A stretch of DNA of 64,000 bases from the IMG/VR virus record IMGVR_UViG_3300044652_000022, positions 1 through 64,000 of that record. One strand, written 5' to 3'. Source of the stretch: a virus (Duplodnaviria; Caudoviricetes). The notes under the pieces were generated by a model that saw only the letters and a list, made by a program, of their open reading frames with translations, did not search any database and was not told the DNA's origin. Made by a program: the position numbers and the translations under genes. The first letter of the stretch is position 1; each line of letters starts with the position of its first letter. Positions 9,233-18,838 of the stretch are shown here, piece after piece.

Positions 9233-9520
9233 ATGACGATCACCAACGAACGACTTGCGGTTCTCAACGCCCTGAAGCCCGAAGCGGTTCCCAGCGCTTA
9301 CTCGGGAATCGACGGGAAATGCTGCTGCGGGTGCAGCGGAACGCACTATCACACGCGCACCTGGGCGACGACCAAGAATGACCTTCGCCAGGTGAAGCGG
9401 ATCCTCGGGATCGTGCAGGCGGAAGCCGCGCAGGGCAACGTTGAGGACGGCGGGAATCATTTCGCGTCCATCGTTGGCAATCGGGTGTACGTTGTCTACA
9501 CCGAGCAGGCGGAGGGCTAG
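9233..9520 (+). CDS. Hypothetical protein
   Basis: Strong RBS; YSGxDGKCCCGCSG motif. Confidence 0.65.
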   Translation: MTITNERLAVLNALKPEAVPSAYSGIDGKCCCGCSGTHYHTRTWATTKNDLRQVKRILGIVQAEAAQGNVEDGGNHFASIVGNRVYVVYTEQAEG

Positions 9521-9699
9521 TCGCCCATGACGTACCAGGAATATCGCAAGCAGGCGAAGGCGTTGAAAGCCGAGGGCTTTCGGCAGGTCAGCAACACGCT
9601 GGAACGGGGCAATGGGCGGGAAACACGTTCCGTTGCGGGAGCGGCAGTATCAGCGGCTCGATTTGAAGTAGGACAGAAAAAACCAGGAGGCATACGACA

Positions 9700-10158
9700 A
9701 TGACGACGACGAACAACAGCAAGCGGGTGAAGTGCACGGGATGCGGGGCGCGGACGCGCCGGACGGATGGGCTCTGCGCGGCTTGCGCAGGGAAGCAAGC
9801 GGCGCCGGTGGCGACGACGCCCGAGGCGGCGGATGCGAATCCGACGGGGCCGGGGAAGCACATGGTGGCGGCAGCGACAACGCGCGCCAAGCGCCTTGCG
9901 GCGACGAACGGGCACGGGCTCAAGGGCGCGGCGCGTCTGGCGAAGCTCGATAATCCCTTCCGCCCGTCCAGCGCGCAATACGCCTATTTCGAGATCATGC
10001 GCGACGGCAAGGACCACACGTACGAGGAACTGAACAAAAAGCCGCAGGCCCGCTGGCCTAAAGACTTGGTGTGGTTTATGCTGGATCACGGCCGGAAGAA
10101 CGGTGGGTTTCGGATCATCAAGGAACGGAACACGGCTCGGATGGAGGTGTCGAAGTAG
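9700..10158 (+). CDS. Zn ribbon plus repeated C-terminal domain
   Basis: CTGC..CAAC, an Ala-rich linker, then NPFRPSS..DGKDHTYEEL..WPKD. Confidence 0.7.
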   Translation: MTTTNNSKRVKCTGCGARTRRTDGLCAACAGKQAAPVATTPEAADANPTGPGKHMVAAATTRAKRLAATNGHGLKGAARLAKLDNPFRPSSAQYAYFEIMRDGKDHTYEELNKKPQARWPKDLVWFMLDHGRKNGGFRIIKERNTARMEVSK

Positions 10159-10160
10159 CC

Positions 10161-10685
10161 ATGAGCCGACCGAAGTTTTCAGGGCGCCCATTCGCCGACA
10201 GGTTTTGGGAACAGGTGAACAAAAAGGGCGCCCTGCGGCTTCCTAAACTCGGCAGGTGTTGGGAGTGGACAGGACACGTCAATGGTGAGTACGGGTATCT
10301 CACTCGCCAGTCGGACGGAAGCGGTACAGCGAAGGAAGTCGGTGCTCACCGCGCAGCCTGGGAATTAAAATACGGTGTCACGCTGCCCTCCAATGTCCTC
10401 GTCTGCCACAAATGCGACCACGGCCTCTGTGTGCGTTGGAATCATTTGTTCCTCGGTACCTATGCAGATAACAACGCCGATGCACGCCGCAAGGATCGTC
10501 ATGCGCGCGGTGAGCGGCAATACAACCATAAACTGACCGATGCGCTTGTGCAGGAGATTCGACGCCTGCACGGCGAGGGACTCAGCTACCGAAAAATCGC
10601 CGCCAAGCTGAAAGTCGTCCATGCATCGACAATTGGCGGCGTAGTGGAAGGCGCGATTTGGCGCCATGTAAAGGAGACGAAGTGA
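10161..10685 (+). CDS. HNH (homing) endonuclease with C-terminal HTH
   Basis: CWEWTG, AHRAAW, VCHKCDHGLCVRWNHLFLGTYADNNAD. Confidence 0.9.
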   Translation: MSRPKFSGRPFADRFWEQVNKKGALRLPKLGRCWEWTGHVNGEYGYLTRQSDGSGTAKEVGAHRAAWELKYGVTLPSNVLVCHKCDHGLCVRWNHLFLGTYADNNADARRKDRHARGERQYNHKLTDALVQEIRRLHGEGLSYRKIAAKLKVVHASTIGGVVEGAIWRHVKETK

Positions 10686-10878
10686 AAACGCCGACCTACA
10701 CCCTCAGTGTCAACGACGGCGACGCTGGCGAGTACTGCGAATTGACACAGGACAAGGTGTTGTCCGTCATTCGCGGGATGTTCGAAGAGGACGCCAAATT
10801 GAGTCCCGAAGAAAAGGCGGAGGCTGGTCCGCTCTGCCTCACGATCACCGAAAACCGAGAGGTTTCCGAGGAGGTCGC

Positions 10879-11178
10879 ATGACGAAATTCCGAACGACGT
10901 ACCGCAGTCGCGTTATCGTGCATGGCGGCTTGAAAGAGGCGACGGTCAGCATTGGGCACGGCGTCGCCCATGTCGCCTTCCAGCCCGCGCTGACATTCAT
11001 CCAAGGGATGATGTTCGCTGGGTTCGAGGGCAAAGCGGAAATCCATATCGAGCGGGTTCGGGTGAGTCGGGTTGGCGGGCTCGAATACGTCACTCCGCAC
11101 ACCGTCCACGTTGCAACGGTGAAAAACGATAACGTCGAAATTGGCAAGCCCATGACGCCGGCGGAGGTGACGAAATGA
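10879..11178 (+). CDS. Hypothetical protein
   Basis: GGAGG RBS; coupled operon. Confidence 0.6.
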   Translation: MTKFRTTYRSRVIVHGGLKEATVSIGHGVAHVAFQPALTFIQGMMFAGFEGKAEIHIERVRVSRVGGLEYVTPHTVHVATVKNDNVEIGKPMTPAEVTK

Positions 11179-11404
11179 CCATCATTATCGACCTCGATTA
11201 TCTGGACGTGGAGCGCTTCGGTCAGGCGCACAATCGTCCTGTCGGACCGCTCGAGGCGATGGCTGGCTTGAAGCAGGCGAGAGAGGCCCTCCAGCCGAGA
11301 GTGGACGACGAACTGCGCGACGAAATGCTCAGCAAGGCGCTGGACTTTGCCAGGGCGCGCATGGTGCGGGTGGGCAAGATCCGTCCCGACGAGGAGGCGA
11401 CGAA

Positions 11405-11674
11405 ATGATCGGACCTTGCCTGTGCGGCGACACCCATTGTCCGTCTTGCGGTCCAGCGCAAGGCAATTGGCGCTGTCCGCTATGTAACGCCTGGGCGGAC
11501 GACTGCTGCGAACATATCGACGCCGAAACCGGGAAAATCAAGCCCGAGTTCGAAGCGGAGGTGGAGGCTTTGCTGAAGGCGGAGGCCGAAGCCGAAGCGC
11601 AGATGGTGGAGGAGTATTTCGAGGACGAGCGCCTCGCCGAGGAATGGGAAAAGGAGCATCCCGATGAGTTTTGA
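11405..11674 (+). CDS. Cys-rich small protein with acidic tail
   Basis: CLCGDTHCPSC..CPLC..CCEH. Confidence 0.6.
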   Translation: MIGPCLCGDTHCPSCGPAQGNWRCPLCNAWADDCCEHIDAETGKIKPEFEAEVEALLKAEAEAEAQMVEEYFEDERLAEEWEKEHPDEF

Positions 11675-12122
11675 AGTCCTACCGCGTTACTCGGGCGGTA
11701 GCCCTGCCGCCGTTGACGAACACACCGCGCGACGTGTCGCGGAAGAGGAGCGCCAAAGCTACCTGGCAGCGCTTAAAGGAGCGTACGGCGACGAACGAGC
11801 AGCGGACGCGCGCCGCGAAGGGTTGGATGGGATCGTGCTGGAGCGGCACGCCAAAGGCAACCGTGTCTGCTACACCGACGTGATTACCGGGCGCGACTAC
11901 GACGATATGCCGTACGGCGCTCTGCGCCACCCGAACGAACTCGTTCTCCAGACGACCAAGCGCTACCACATTGTCTGGTATCGTCGCGATATCCTCATCG
12001 CCCAGCCCGATCCGAAAAAAGCGGCGATGCGCTGGTGGTCGGTGGTCAGCGCGCTAGAGGAAAAATACAGGCTGACCTACGACGACGCCAAGGCGCTGTG
12101 GGACAAGGTGAGGACGGCATGA
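11664..12122 (+). CDS. Hypothetical protein
   Basis: 152-aa ORF, coupled to its neighbours. Confidence 0.6.
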   Translation: MSFEVLPRYSGGSPAAVDEHTARRVAEEERQSYLAALKGAYGDERAADARREGLDGIVLERHAKGNRVCYTDVITGRDYDDMPYGALRHPNELVLQTTKRYHIVWYRRDILIAQPDPKKAAMRWWSVVSALEEKYRLTYDDAKALWDKVRTA

Positions 12123-12420
12123 CAAGCGCGCGAAAGCTAGCCCAGGAAAGAATGCGCCGCGAAACCCAGTCGCTGATGGAAACGAGCGGACTCTCGGAGG
12201 AGGTCTGTCACAATCTCCTGTACCCAGATGCGGAGGAGCACACGGTCCGCATTATCAAGCAACACCTCCTGACGCCTGACCAGCGCGCCAAACTCGCCGC
12301 GCGTTTTATCAGCATCGAGGACTTGCTGAACGGACGGGTGGAGGGCGATCAAGGCATCTATGACGAAATATTTTCTGTCTGGAATGCCAAGCTGGGCAGA
12401 CGGATGTTTGGATTCTGAGG

Positions 12421-12450
12421 TTGACACGTACCTATAGTTTCCCTCATAAT
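12421..12450 (+). promoter_or_regulatory. Early promoter P6
   Basis: TTGACA-18-CATAAT; ATG at 12458. Confidence 0.9.
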
Positions 12451-12457
12451 TGAGCGT

Positions 12458-12817
12458 ATGCGCGAACACGTCTACCAACCCAGCGGCGTCGCCGCCAAGC
12501 CTTGCTCGAAATGCAACGGGCAACCAAAAGAGCACCCTTCGGCTATGCTAGTCGAAAAAATGCTGTCTCTGGGCTTCGAAACGATACACGGCGGAGTGCA
12601 GTGGATTATCATTCAGGAAGCGCGGAACCTCGGGTGGGACGGATACTTCGATCCTATTGCCAGCCTGTCGGTCAAGGACGCGAGAGTCGCAGCGTCGGTG
12701 GACGAGGCGGCGGACTTTTTGATCGAAAAGGGCGTCTCATTTTACGGACGCAGCCGCACCAACCATGCCTGGAAGGCTGGGCGCTACAAAATGAACCCGG
12801 TCCGGGAGGACGCATGA
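12458..12817 (+). CDS. Hypothetical protein (leaderless)
   Basis: ATG 7 nt after the P6 -10. Confidence 0.65.
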   Translation: MREHVYQPSGVAAKPCSKCNGQPKEHPSAMLVEKMLSLGFETIHGGVQWIIIQEARNLGWDGYFDPIASLSVKDARVAASVDEAADFLIEKGVSFYGRSRTNHAWKAGRYKMNPVREDA

Positions 12818-13071
12818 CGACGATACGCACGGCGACGCTACGCACGGTAGAGGATCTTCTATACGCTGTCGCTGCGCGCGCCAAGGTGCTGGCGGAGGAC
12901 AAGGTAGACAATCTTCGTGCCAGCGTCGAGACGGCCCAGGAGACGCGCGCGGCGGCGATAGCGGAGAATCGTCACAAGACCAAAGGCGACCTGATCGAGG
13001 AAATCCTGATCGAGGAATTCGAGGAAGCCGCCAAAAAATTTGGACGAAAACCTAACCCCTGAATCCTAAAG

Positions 13072-13211
13072 GGGATACATCCCCGAATCTAGAAACGGCT
13101 TGACGCAGCCCGAGCAGCTTTGACGTATAACCGATCGTTTTCCGTTCTGGATGCTACCTACCGGAAAATCGTTTCGACGCAGCAGCGCCCGGAGCAGCCC
13201 GGCTGCTCGCC
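13072..13211 (+). repeat. ~140-bp structured repeat E2
   Basis: Collinear with 5184-5323; differences fall mostly in predicted loops. Confidence 0.85.
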
Positions 13212-13361
13212 GGAATCTTCCGAACGTCGAATCTGACCGAAAATCCCCTCCTCCGTTTGCATCCCTTATCCGAACCTGTATGATGATTCCGTGCAGACAG
13301 AACAAACCCGGAGCGGCGCTGCGCTGCCAGAAAATTTTTGGAAAAAAGTTAGGTTGGTGGG

Positions 13362-13390
13362 TTGACATTCACCTATAGTTTTCCTAGAAT
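13362..13390 (+). promoter_or_regulatory. Early promoter P7
   Basis: TTGACA-17-TAGAAT. Confidence 0.9.
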
Positions 13391-13442
13391 TGTTCATGTG
13401 ACGGGCAGCGCAAAGCGCCTGAAACAGAGAGGCTATACGACG

Positions 13443-14450
13443 ATGAGCAACGGAAACGATTTCTTCCTCGATATCGACAACCTGGGCGAAGTGGCGCCCG
13501 AATCGAACGACGCGGCGCCGACCAGCGACATTCAGGACCTGGTGCTCGCCAAGAACAACAAGCCCGAAACCCAGAACCCGCTGAACATTGGCGGTGGGCA
13601 GAAGCTCGAGGAGGTGTACGACCGCCTCATGAAGTTGATTTTCCTCTTCGATACGTCGGGCTCCATGGGCGATACGATCATCGACGACACCGACTTCTCC
13701 CAGTGGGCATGGGACATGAAGGCGATCCGCGCCAAGCTGGTTGCTTGCGACGCCGAGGTCGCCAACGCGCAGGCGCAGATTGGTCCCGACGCGGACGTGG
13801 CGGACGCGGTGGACGAGTTGACCCTCCGCTGCGCCGGGCTGAAAACGGCCACCGACGACGAGATCAAGGGCTTCATTTTGCGCGAGGATCTCACCCAGTA
13901 TTTCGGTGTCCTGTCCTTGTCCTCGCAACCGCGCAAGTCGAAGATGGCGGTGGTTCGTGACCTCGCGTCGTCGGAGATCCGCAAGCGCATCGCGAAGTAC
14001 AACGAGTCCGACATTCGCGTCATCACCTTCGACCAGAACCCGCACACCAAAGGCGCCCGCACGCAGTCGGAGCTGGTCGCGGCGGTGTCGTCCATGATGC
14101 CGGCTGGCGGGACGGATATCTGCGCAGCGGTGGAAGCGGCGATGCGGCTCTGCAAAAAGGCGCCGAGCCCGGTCAACCTGCATCACCTCGTCCTGATCTC
14201 GGACGGGCTGGATTACGGCGCTGTCCGCGTGAAAAGCCTCATCCCGGAAATGAAGCGGCTGGGTGTGGTGTTCGACTACATCTATATCAAGGGCACCAGC
14301 GAAAACGACGAGGATATCACCTCGGTCCTCAAGCAGGTCTGCGAGGAGACGGGCGGCGAGTTTGTCGAGGTGCAAAAGGTGAAGGACCTGGCGCAGAAGT
14401 TCATCGCCGCCGCCGAGCGAAAGATGCTCCCGCCTCCTGCTAACGTCTAA
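13443..14450 (+). CDS. von Willebrand factor A domain protein
   Basis: MIDAS motif FDTSGSM, GGTD, LVLISDG. Confidence 0.85.
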   Translation: MSNGNDFFLDIDNLGEVAPESNDAAPTSDIQDLVLAKNNKPETQNPLNIGGGQKLEEVYDRLMKLIFLFDTSGSMGDTIIDDTDFSQWAWDMKAIRAKLVACDAEVANAQAQIGPDADVADAVDELTLRCAGLKTATDDEIKGFILREDLTQYFGVLSLSSQPRKSKMAVVRDLASSEIRKRIAKYNESDIRVITFDQNPHTKGARTQSELVAAVSSMMPAGGTDICAAVEAAMRLCKKAPSPVNLHHLVLISDGLDYGAVRVKSLIPEMKRLGVVFDYIYIKGTSENDEDITSVLKQVCEETGGEFVEVQKVKDLAQKFIAAAERKMLPPPANV

Positions 14451-14509
14451 TCATGCGCAACCGACAGAGGGCGGCGGTTCGACGCTGCCGCCCTTCCGAG
14501 GGGACGACA

Positions 14510-15202
14510 ATGGTGAAAATCACAGAGGTATCTGACCCGATCCTGCGCGAAAAACTGCTGGCGCTGCGCAGCGGCACGCAGATCACCCTTTGCTATTTCC
14601 CAGTCACGCTAGAGGCGCGCATTCGGCGGGAACGCGCGACGATTACCCAAGCGCCTCGTCTGACAGAAAATGGGCGCTGGTCGGTGGAGGTGCAGCCGCC
14701 CGCCGGTTCGTTGATTCCAGGTACGGTCTGGGCAGCGATCCGCTTTGATCCCAATTCCCAGATTCCCGACGGCATCTGGGTCGAAACGTGGGCGCCGGAA
14801 ACACGCTGGACGAAGCCGCGCCCAGACGGGAAACCGTATTCGCGGACAGAGCCCTGCGAGTGCGCCCATTGCGACCACGTGTACTCGGGTTTCGATCAAT
14901 TGGAAATCATCAGACATTGCCGCGAACACCACCGCGCGTTCTACCGCCATAAATGGGAGACGGAATTGGCTAATCGCGCGACCGTGGACCAGAGCTACGC
15001 GCCGCTGCCCGAGTTCGAAACGGAGAATCTGGGTAGCGGCTTTCAGCTAGTCTGGCAGCGGTCGGTGAAAAGCAACCAGGTGCGCGCGGTGATAAAGGAC
15101 AGCGCCGGGACGATACGCGCGCGGGGCGACGTGATGCCCGAGGAACGCGCGATGCTTTCGCGGCAGTCGGCGCTGTATGCGTTCTTTCGCGGAGGTCGAT
15201 AA
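14510..15202 (+). CDS. Hypothetical protein with C2H2-like motif
   Basis: CAHCDH...RHCREHH; GAGG RBS. Confidence 0.6.
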   Translation: MVKITEVSDPILREKLLALRSGTQITLCYFPVTLEARIRRERATITQAPRLTENGRWSVEVQPPAGSLIPGTVWAAIRFDPNSQIPDGIWVETWAPETRWTKPRPDGKPYSRTEPCECAHCDHVYSGFDQLEIIRHCREHHRAFYRHKWETELANRATVDQSYAPLPEFETENLGSGFQLVWQRSVKSNQVRAVIKDSAGTIRARGDVMPEERAMLSRQSALYAFFRGGR

Positions 15203-15209
15203 CGACAAA

Positions 15210-15818
15210 ATGCCACCCACTCTGTCTCCAACCGAAATCGAAGCGGTACGGGCTGCGGACAAGATGGAGGAGTTGGTCTACGAAAACGGCGCGCGGGTGG
15301 CGGTGGACGGACACAACCGCCGCCTGTTCGCGTCAGGCGGTGAGGCGTCGTTCCGCAGTCTTTGGGAGCAGGCGCTCCTGATCCGAAAAAAGCCCAGCAA
15401 AAACGAACGAAACGGACACGGACACAATATGCCATCCACCGATTGGAAAGAGAAGGCTCGCCAGCGCCTGCAGGAAAAAGCGGTCGAGGTCGAATCGTCT
15501 GAGGAGCAACAACAACCGAAAAAGCCCAAGCCACCTGCTGCGCCAGCCAAGATGGCAGCGACGGCTGCAAAAGTCGCGGCGGCGCGGGTGGGGCAATCCG
15601 CAGCGAAACTCGCGAATCCCTGCCGTCCTGGGTCCCAGTTGGCGCAAGCGTTCGATCTTCTGACGGACGGGCGCTTGCACGAATGGGAAGAGTTCCGCGC
15701 AATCAATCCCAAGTACCCGAAAGATCCCGCCGCCAACCTCTCCCGCGATCCCGAAGTCGCCAAGCATTGGACGATCATTCGCGGACCGGAGGGGGCGCAG
15801 ATGGTAGCCAAAAAATAA
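15210..15818 (+). CDS. Hypothetical protein with repeated C-terminal domain
   Basis: NPCRPGS..DGRLHEWEEF..KYPKD. Confidence 0.7.
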   Translation: MPPTLSPTEIEAVRAADKMEELVYENGARVAVDGHNRRLFASGGEASFRSLWEQALLIRKKPSKNERNGHGHNMPSTDWKEKARQRLQEKAVEVESSEEQQQPKKPKPPAAPAKMAATAAKVAAARVGQSAAKLANPCRPGSQLAQAFDLLTDGRLHEWEEFRAINPKYPKDPAANLSRDPEVAKHWTIIRGPEGAQMVAKK

Positions 15819-15830
15819 TTGGAAGATGGG

Positions 15831-15859
15831 TTGCAATGGCCTATAGTTTCTGTCATAAT
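15831..15859 (+). promoter_or_regulatory. Early promoter P8
   Basis: TTGCAA-17-CATAAT with the CCTATAGTTT box; AGGAGG RBS follows. Confidence 0.8.
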
Positions 15860-15885
15860 TTTTCATGTAGGAGGCGTTGACGACG

Positions 15886-16905
15886 ATGGCAGCAAAATTG
15901 AAGGCACCCAAGACAGCGGAACTGAAAAAGGCGTTGGAGGGCTTGCTAGCCGCCTCTCCGACCAATCGCGTGAAGGCGCTCACGGCGGCGGTGCAGTGGT
16001 ACGACGCAGCCCTGCCGTATTTCATCCAGAACGTGCGCCTCGATCCGTCCAAACAAAAATTGTACGATCTGGCTACCAAGACCCGTTCGCAAGCGAACGG
16101 AACGAACCTCGTCCACGAGCAGGAAGTGGCGCTGAAGTCTACGGTTCAGTTGCTCGAAAAAGTCTGGAAGGACGCGGTGCCCAACCTGCCGTCGTCCGTG
16201 GACGCATACGCGGAATATCAGAAGCGCCGGGCGGCGCTGGAGGCTCAGGAAGCGGCGAACAAAGCGAAATACCAAGCCGTCGTCAACCTCCTCAATTTGG
16301 CGTTTGGCGGCGCTAACCTGAAGGTTTCGGTAATCGAGAGCCAGCAACCGCGCGCGATTGATTTCGGTGACGCGGGCGAGGTGAAAATCGTTCTCGGCGA
16401 CCAGCACGTCGCGGAACTGTCGAAGGTCCTGCAGCGGCAGGGTCCGCTGGACGTGATTTTCTCGGAGGTGTCGTACGCGGCGCGGGCGATGGGCGTGACC
16501 TCGACAAACAACGGGCCGGCGCTCGATCCCAAAGCCGTTGTCGCAAAACTTCCGACGTTGTTCGCCGGGATGCACACGGCTCTGAAGGGTGCGAAGGCGG
16601 CGAAGCCTGCTGTTACGAGGACCGCTGCTGCGCAGCAGCCCGGCGCTGCTGCGACGACGCCCACCCGCTCCGCTCCTGCGTCCAGCGGACCGCTCGTTGG
16701 CGGACTCTACAAGCCCGGAACAAACAACGCTATCGCGTTCCAGTTCCTCAGCGACCAGAAGTATCACACGTGGCAGGAAATCGCGCAGGGCACGGGCGCG
16801 AAGTACCCGAAAGACGGCCCGTACTACATCGGGAAGGACGGAGCGAAGAACGGCAAGTGGACGGTGCGGAAAGATAAGCACGGCGTCCAGCTGATCTTCA
16901 ACTAG
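15886..16905 (+). CDS. Hypothetical helical protein with repeated C-terminal domain
   Basis: ~340 aa; LYKPGT..SDQKYHTWQEI..KYPKD. Confidence 0.75.
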   Translation: MAAKLKAPKTAELKKALEGLLAASPTNRVKALTAAVQWYDAALPYFIQNVRLDPSKQKLYDLATKTRSQANGTNLVHEQEVALKSTVQLLEKVWKDAVPNLPSSVDAYAEYQKRRAALEAQEAANKAKYQAVVNLLNLAFGGANLKVSVIESQQPRAIDFGDAGEVKIVLGDQHVAELSKVLQRQGPLDVIFSEVSYAARAMGVTSTNNGPALDPKAVVAKLPTLFAGMHTALKGAKAAKPAVTRTAAAQQPGAAATTPTRSAPASSGPLVGGLYKPGTNNAIAFQFLSDQKYHTWQEIAQGTGAKYPKDGPYYIGKDGAKNGKWTVRKDKHGVQLIFN

Positions 16906-16908
16906 GAC

Positions 16909-16936
16909 AGGGGCCGGGCAACCGGCCCTCTTTTTT
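16909..16936 (+). terminator. Rho-independent terminator
   Basis: agggccgg-gcaaa-ccggccct followed by ctttttt. Confidence 0.85.
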
Positions 16937-17718
16937 CAGGAGGCGAATATGACGACGACCACCACCGACGCATTCATTCAGCGGATGCACGACCACGCCC
17001 TGAGGATCGCTGCTAGCGACCGTGCTCAGGCAGCGTTTGACGACGTGTGCCACGAGGAGGACCTGACGCCCAAGCAAAAATCCGCTTTGCGTCAGGTGCT
17101 GCACGTGGTGTACGGGATCCGGGTTCGGTAGAGGAGAAAAACATGTCAGAACCTGCGATGGAAGTTTACGTATTGCTGGAGATGGAAGGCGGCGTGAACG
17201 CCGTTGGCGGCGCGGATGCGCGTTACGAGATCAAGGACGTGGTAGCCAGCCCGCGCTATGCCGTCGATTGGGTGCAGGCGTCGCCCATCCTGCGCTCGGT
17301 GAAGCGCTTCAAGGTGCGAGGAGCATAATCATGCGAGCCAAAGACAAAAGACAGGAATGGTGGGTGGTGTCGAAAAACGGCGCTGTTATCGTGCGCAGCG
17401 ACCGCACCCTCGACCGCCGCTGCATCAAACTCCACGGGCCCCACGCCACGCGCGACGAGGCGATTGCCGGCTGGAACGAGGTGCTGTCGCTGGGCGGTCC
17501 TCGCCGCCCGCAGGACGAGGTGCGCGGATGAGGCGCACCTGGGGGCGACGACCCAAACTCAAGACCTACGAAGTCCGCTACCTGGTGACGGTGAGCGACG
17601 ATCTCAGCGCCGCGGATCTTCGCGGCGACATTCGAGGGCAGGCGCGCGACTACGAAGATCAATATGGGCCCATGCGCGTCAAGCACCTGAAAATCCACCC
17701 GCTGCCCAAGGAGAAGAA

Positions 17719-17985
17719 ATGATCGACAACGGTAAAGAGACTCCGTCCGTGAATGTGCGGGATCTCAGTTTTGACGAACGAAAAGCCTTTGCTAAGAGTT
17801 TAGCTGAGGCTCGTGGTCACCGTCTGGGACCTTGGGTGCAGTACTGCGGTCCAGATCGTCCACATGAGGTTCGGGCTAACTGCGAACGTTGCGGTGGGGC
17901 TGCATTTGTTGGCGGCGAACGGTGGAATAAAGATCCGGTTACTGGTGTCCTGGAACATAACTGTATTCCAGGGACCGAATTGTGA
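17719..17985 (+). CDS. Hypothetical Cys-containing protein, lower GC
   Basis: T-rich third codon positions relative to neighbours. Confidence 0.6.
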   Translation: MIDNGKETPSVNVRDLSFDERKAFAKSLAEARGHRLGPWVQYCGPDRPHEVRANCERCGGAAFVGGERWNKDPVTGVLEHNCIPGTEL

Positions 17986-17993
17986 TTGAGTTT

Positions 17994-18104
17994 CCTCAGG
18001 ACGCACCGCCAATCCTGAGGGAGAGCGAGGGCAACCGGTGAGTTACGCCTCCGCCGGCATGGGATCTGGGAGACTCGTCATCTCTCAGGTTCCTGCCCTT
18101 CGCT
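17994..18104 (+). ncRNA. Candidate structured RNA (hairpin plus three-way junction)
   Basis: cctcagga/tcctgagg, agcgagggca/tgcccttcgct, ctgggaga/tctctcag; intergenic. Confidence 0.35.
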
Positions 18105-18168
18105 GCGCGGAACGAGAAAATTTCCGTGCGGAATTCCTTGCAAGTTTACCGGAGATATCCGTATGCTA

Positions 18169-18699
18169 ATGACCGATGCCGAACGTAGCGTCTGGATGCG
18201 GAGAGGTGTCGATGCAACCAGGAAATGCGATCTCGTCGGGTGCGGGCGACCAATCACCTTGGTCCGATACAAAGGACGCGACGGCGAGTTCTGCTCGAAC
18301 CAGTGCCTGGAAAAGAGCCTGGGTATCAGCTATTCGGGATCACAGCCAACGAAAGAGGAGCTAAACAATATGGCTACAAAAACGAAGTCCGCAAAAAAGC
18401 CCGCCAAGGCAAAGGCGGCTGCGGCGTCCGCTAACGGGACTGGCGGTGGAGAAAAGATCGCCGGGAAGTATCGTCCCGGATCTTCGATGGCGGTTTACCT
18501 GGAGCGTCTCTCCGACGAAAAGCCGCACACGATTGAGGAGCTTTCCGAGGGGCTGGCTATCAAGTACCCGGCCGACCCTCCGTTCTATCTGAAGAAACGC
18601 GGCGCGGAGGAAAAACTCTGGAAGATCGAGTACGACCGTGAATCCAAAACCTACACCATGACCCTGACCGCGAAGGGCAAAAAGCTGCTTGGCAAATAG
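18169..18699 (+). CDS. Zn-finger plus repeated C-terminal domain (possible internal start at 18370)
   Basis: CDLVGC..FCSNQC; an internal GAGGAG RBS; KYRPGS..SDEKPHTIEEL..KYPAD. Confidence 0.7.
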   Translation: MTDAERSVWMRRGVDATRKCDLVGCGRPITLVRYKGRDGEFCSNQCLEKSLGISYSGSQPTKEELNNMATKTKSAKKPAKAKAAAASANGTGGGEKIAGKYRPGSSMAVYLERLSDEKPHTIEELSEGLAIKYPADPPFYLKKRGAEEKLWKIEYDRESKTYTMTLTAKGKKLLGK

Positions 18700-18838
18700 C
18701 GTCCATTCGAGTTGCACCTGGATCGTCGGAATAATGGCCCTAAATACGGCGACGAAGCATTCTAGGTGCAGGGCACAGGCAATGGTGGTAGCCCGAAAAG
18801 CGGGATGAAAGACTCCGCCCACCTCTGTACAATCAGCC

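Noticed and set aside
18700-18838. preQ1 riboswitch before queC
   Set aside because: No match to class I-III consensus as I recall them; kept only as an unassigned structured leader.
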